48,436 nt of DNA from an uncultured Candidatus Saccharibacteria bacterium (lineage in GTDB: Bacteria; Patescibacteriota; Minisyncoccia; UBA6257; 2-01-FULL-56-20). Position 1 is the stretch's first letter. Every line of letters begins with the position of its first letter. The translations under genes and the position numbers were made by a program. Shown here in pieces: positions 47,486-48,436 of the stretch. The stretch is from positions 1-48,436 of the forward strand of contig CAZADL010000004.1 of assembly GCA_964483915.1 (NCBI GenBank). The letters are read 5' to 3'. The notes below the pieces were generated by a model. It saw only the letters and a list, made by a program, of their open reading frames with translations, was not told where the DNA came from and made no database searches.

Positions 47486-47721
47486 CTCATTGTTCCCGAA
47501 AGGGATCAATCGACCGCAAGGTCGAGGATGCGACACAATGGGGTTCGACAGATTGCCGCATAAGAGCTAAAATTGCTCTGCATGGTTTATGTGCCGGGGA
47601 TACCTGGATAACACACAATCATGCGCGCCTTGCAAGGCGCTTCGCGTCCCGATCGCTGACTTCGGTCTGCGGACGGAAACGGCACGAACCCACCACGAGT
47701 CGCATCCTGGTGGGTTTCGTG
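47486..47721 (+). ncRNA. Large structured RNA leader upstream of the integrase
   Basis: GAAA, GCAA and UUCG-capped hairpins; 10-bp long-range complementarity 47525-47534/47699-47708; final hairpin ends 3 nt before the ATG. Confidence 0.6.
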
Positions 47722-47724
47722 TAT

Positions 47725-48436
47725 ATGCTAACTAAAGACGCAATAAATCAATTCTCGAACTGGAGGCAGTTCAAGGTTAAAAAAACAACAGTGCGCGGCT
47801 ACGACCGCGAGCTGAGAAACTTCTGCCTGTTTCTCCGCAACCCCGACATTGAGCACATCACTCTGAGCAACGTGATGGAATACTTGAATGGCATGGCAGA
47901 GCTCGGATGGGACAGAAACAGCTTCGTCGGCAAGTGCATGGCACTCCGAAAATTCTTCGAATTCTACCGGCTGCAGGGCTACAAAGTGATCGACGAAGAA
48001 CTTATCCCGATCCCGGACAAAGAACCAAAGCTGCCTCGCGTAGCGAGCGATGAGCAGTATAAGCAGCTTGTCGCGGCAATTCCGCAAGACACCAGCGACC
48101 CACGGCACATTAGAAATCTAGCAATTCTCGGCCTCCTTTGGGACACGGGAGCACGAAACGGAGAAGTCTGTTCGCTCAACGTGGACGACTTAGACCTGAA
48201 CGAAAAGAGAGCGATAATCCGAACAGAGAAAGCAAAGTCCCGCCGACCATTCCGCGAGATATTCTGGACAGACGATACCAACGACTATCTGGTACGCTGG
48301 CTCAAGAAGCGGGATCACCTTACGAAAGTCATGAAGTTCGACGAACCGGGCGCGCTCTTTGTATCGGTGACCAGCGTGAAGTGCGGCGACAGGTTCTCCA
48401 TCAAGGGGGTGGGCGAAATGTTGCGACGGTACTGCA
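47725..48436 (+). CDS. Tyrosine recombinase/integrase (XerC/D-like), 3'-truncated by the window end
   Basis: Manual translation MLTKDAINQF...TVRGYDRELRNF...ALRKFFEF...RNLAILGLLWDTGARNGEVCSLNVDDLD...TEKAK (catalytic Arg box and Lys). Confidence 0.92.
   Translation, partial: MLTKDAINQFSNWRQFKVKKTTVRGYDRELRNFCLFLRNPDIEHITLSNVMEYLNGMAELGWDRNSFVGKCMALRKFFEFYRLQGYKVIDEELIPIPDKEPKLPRVASDEQYKQLVAAIPQDTSDPRHIRNLAILGLLWDTGARNGEVCSLNVDDLDLNEKRAIIRTEKAKSRRPFREIFWTDDTNDYLVRWLKKRDHLTKVMKFDEPGALFVSVTSVKCGDRFSIKGVGEMLRRYC

Larger units (their letters stand above)
1..48436 (+). mobile_element. Temperate podovirus-like prophage/phage, extending beyond both window ends
   Basis: Co-oriented replication, terminase, portal, scaffold, capsid, tail, lysis and tyrosine integrase genes; no host housekeeping genes. 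Confidence 0.92.

Noticed and set aside
1-48436. tRNA, rRNA, tmRNA, IS elements or alternative genetic code
   Set aside because: No cloverleaf/T-loop signatures or transposase motifs seen by eye. ORFs are intact under code 11 with all three stop codons used.

Overview
Nearly the whole window is one temperate, podovirus-like prophage or phage, with almost all genes on the + strand. Start codons lack Shine-Dalgarno motifs and follow A/T-rich leaders, which suggests a CPR/Patescibacteria-like host (inference). Gene order: early/replication genes (AAA recombinase, Rep with an internal origin, C5 methyltransferase with a nested alternative-frame subunit, KH protein, resolvase, ParB-MTase), then terminases, then a ~20 kb cargo island between terminase and portal, then portal, scaffold, capsid, tail and internal virion genes, lysis genes and a truncated tyrosine integrase. 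The island carries secreted proteins, mltG, a signalling cassette, Fic, a 2-MTase/2-nuclease R-M locus, a ParB/HEPN-like + Dam pair, and an ars operon with no efflux pump. The best candidate for an undescribed system is 13143-16826. It combines an OmpR-type regulator, an unannotated 37-aa peptide ending GAPWLDK, a multi-TM histidine kinase and an isoprenyl-synthase-fold enzyme, consistent with a ComQ/ComX-like prenylated-Trp peptide quorum-sensing circuit. Other notable signals are several structured non-coding RNAs, a recurrent GGTCGA leader motif and 11-bp-period direct repeats at phage control points. All calls come from reading motifs by eye; no database searches were run.
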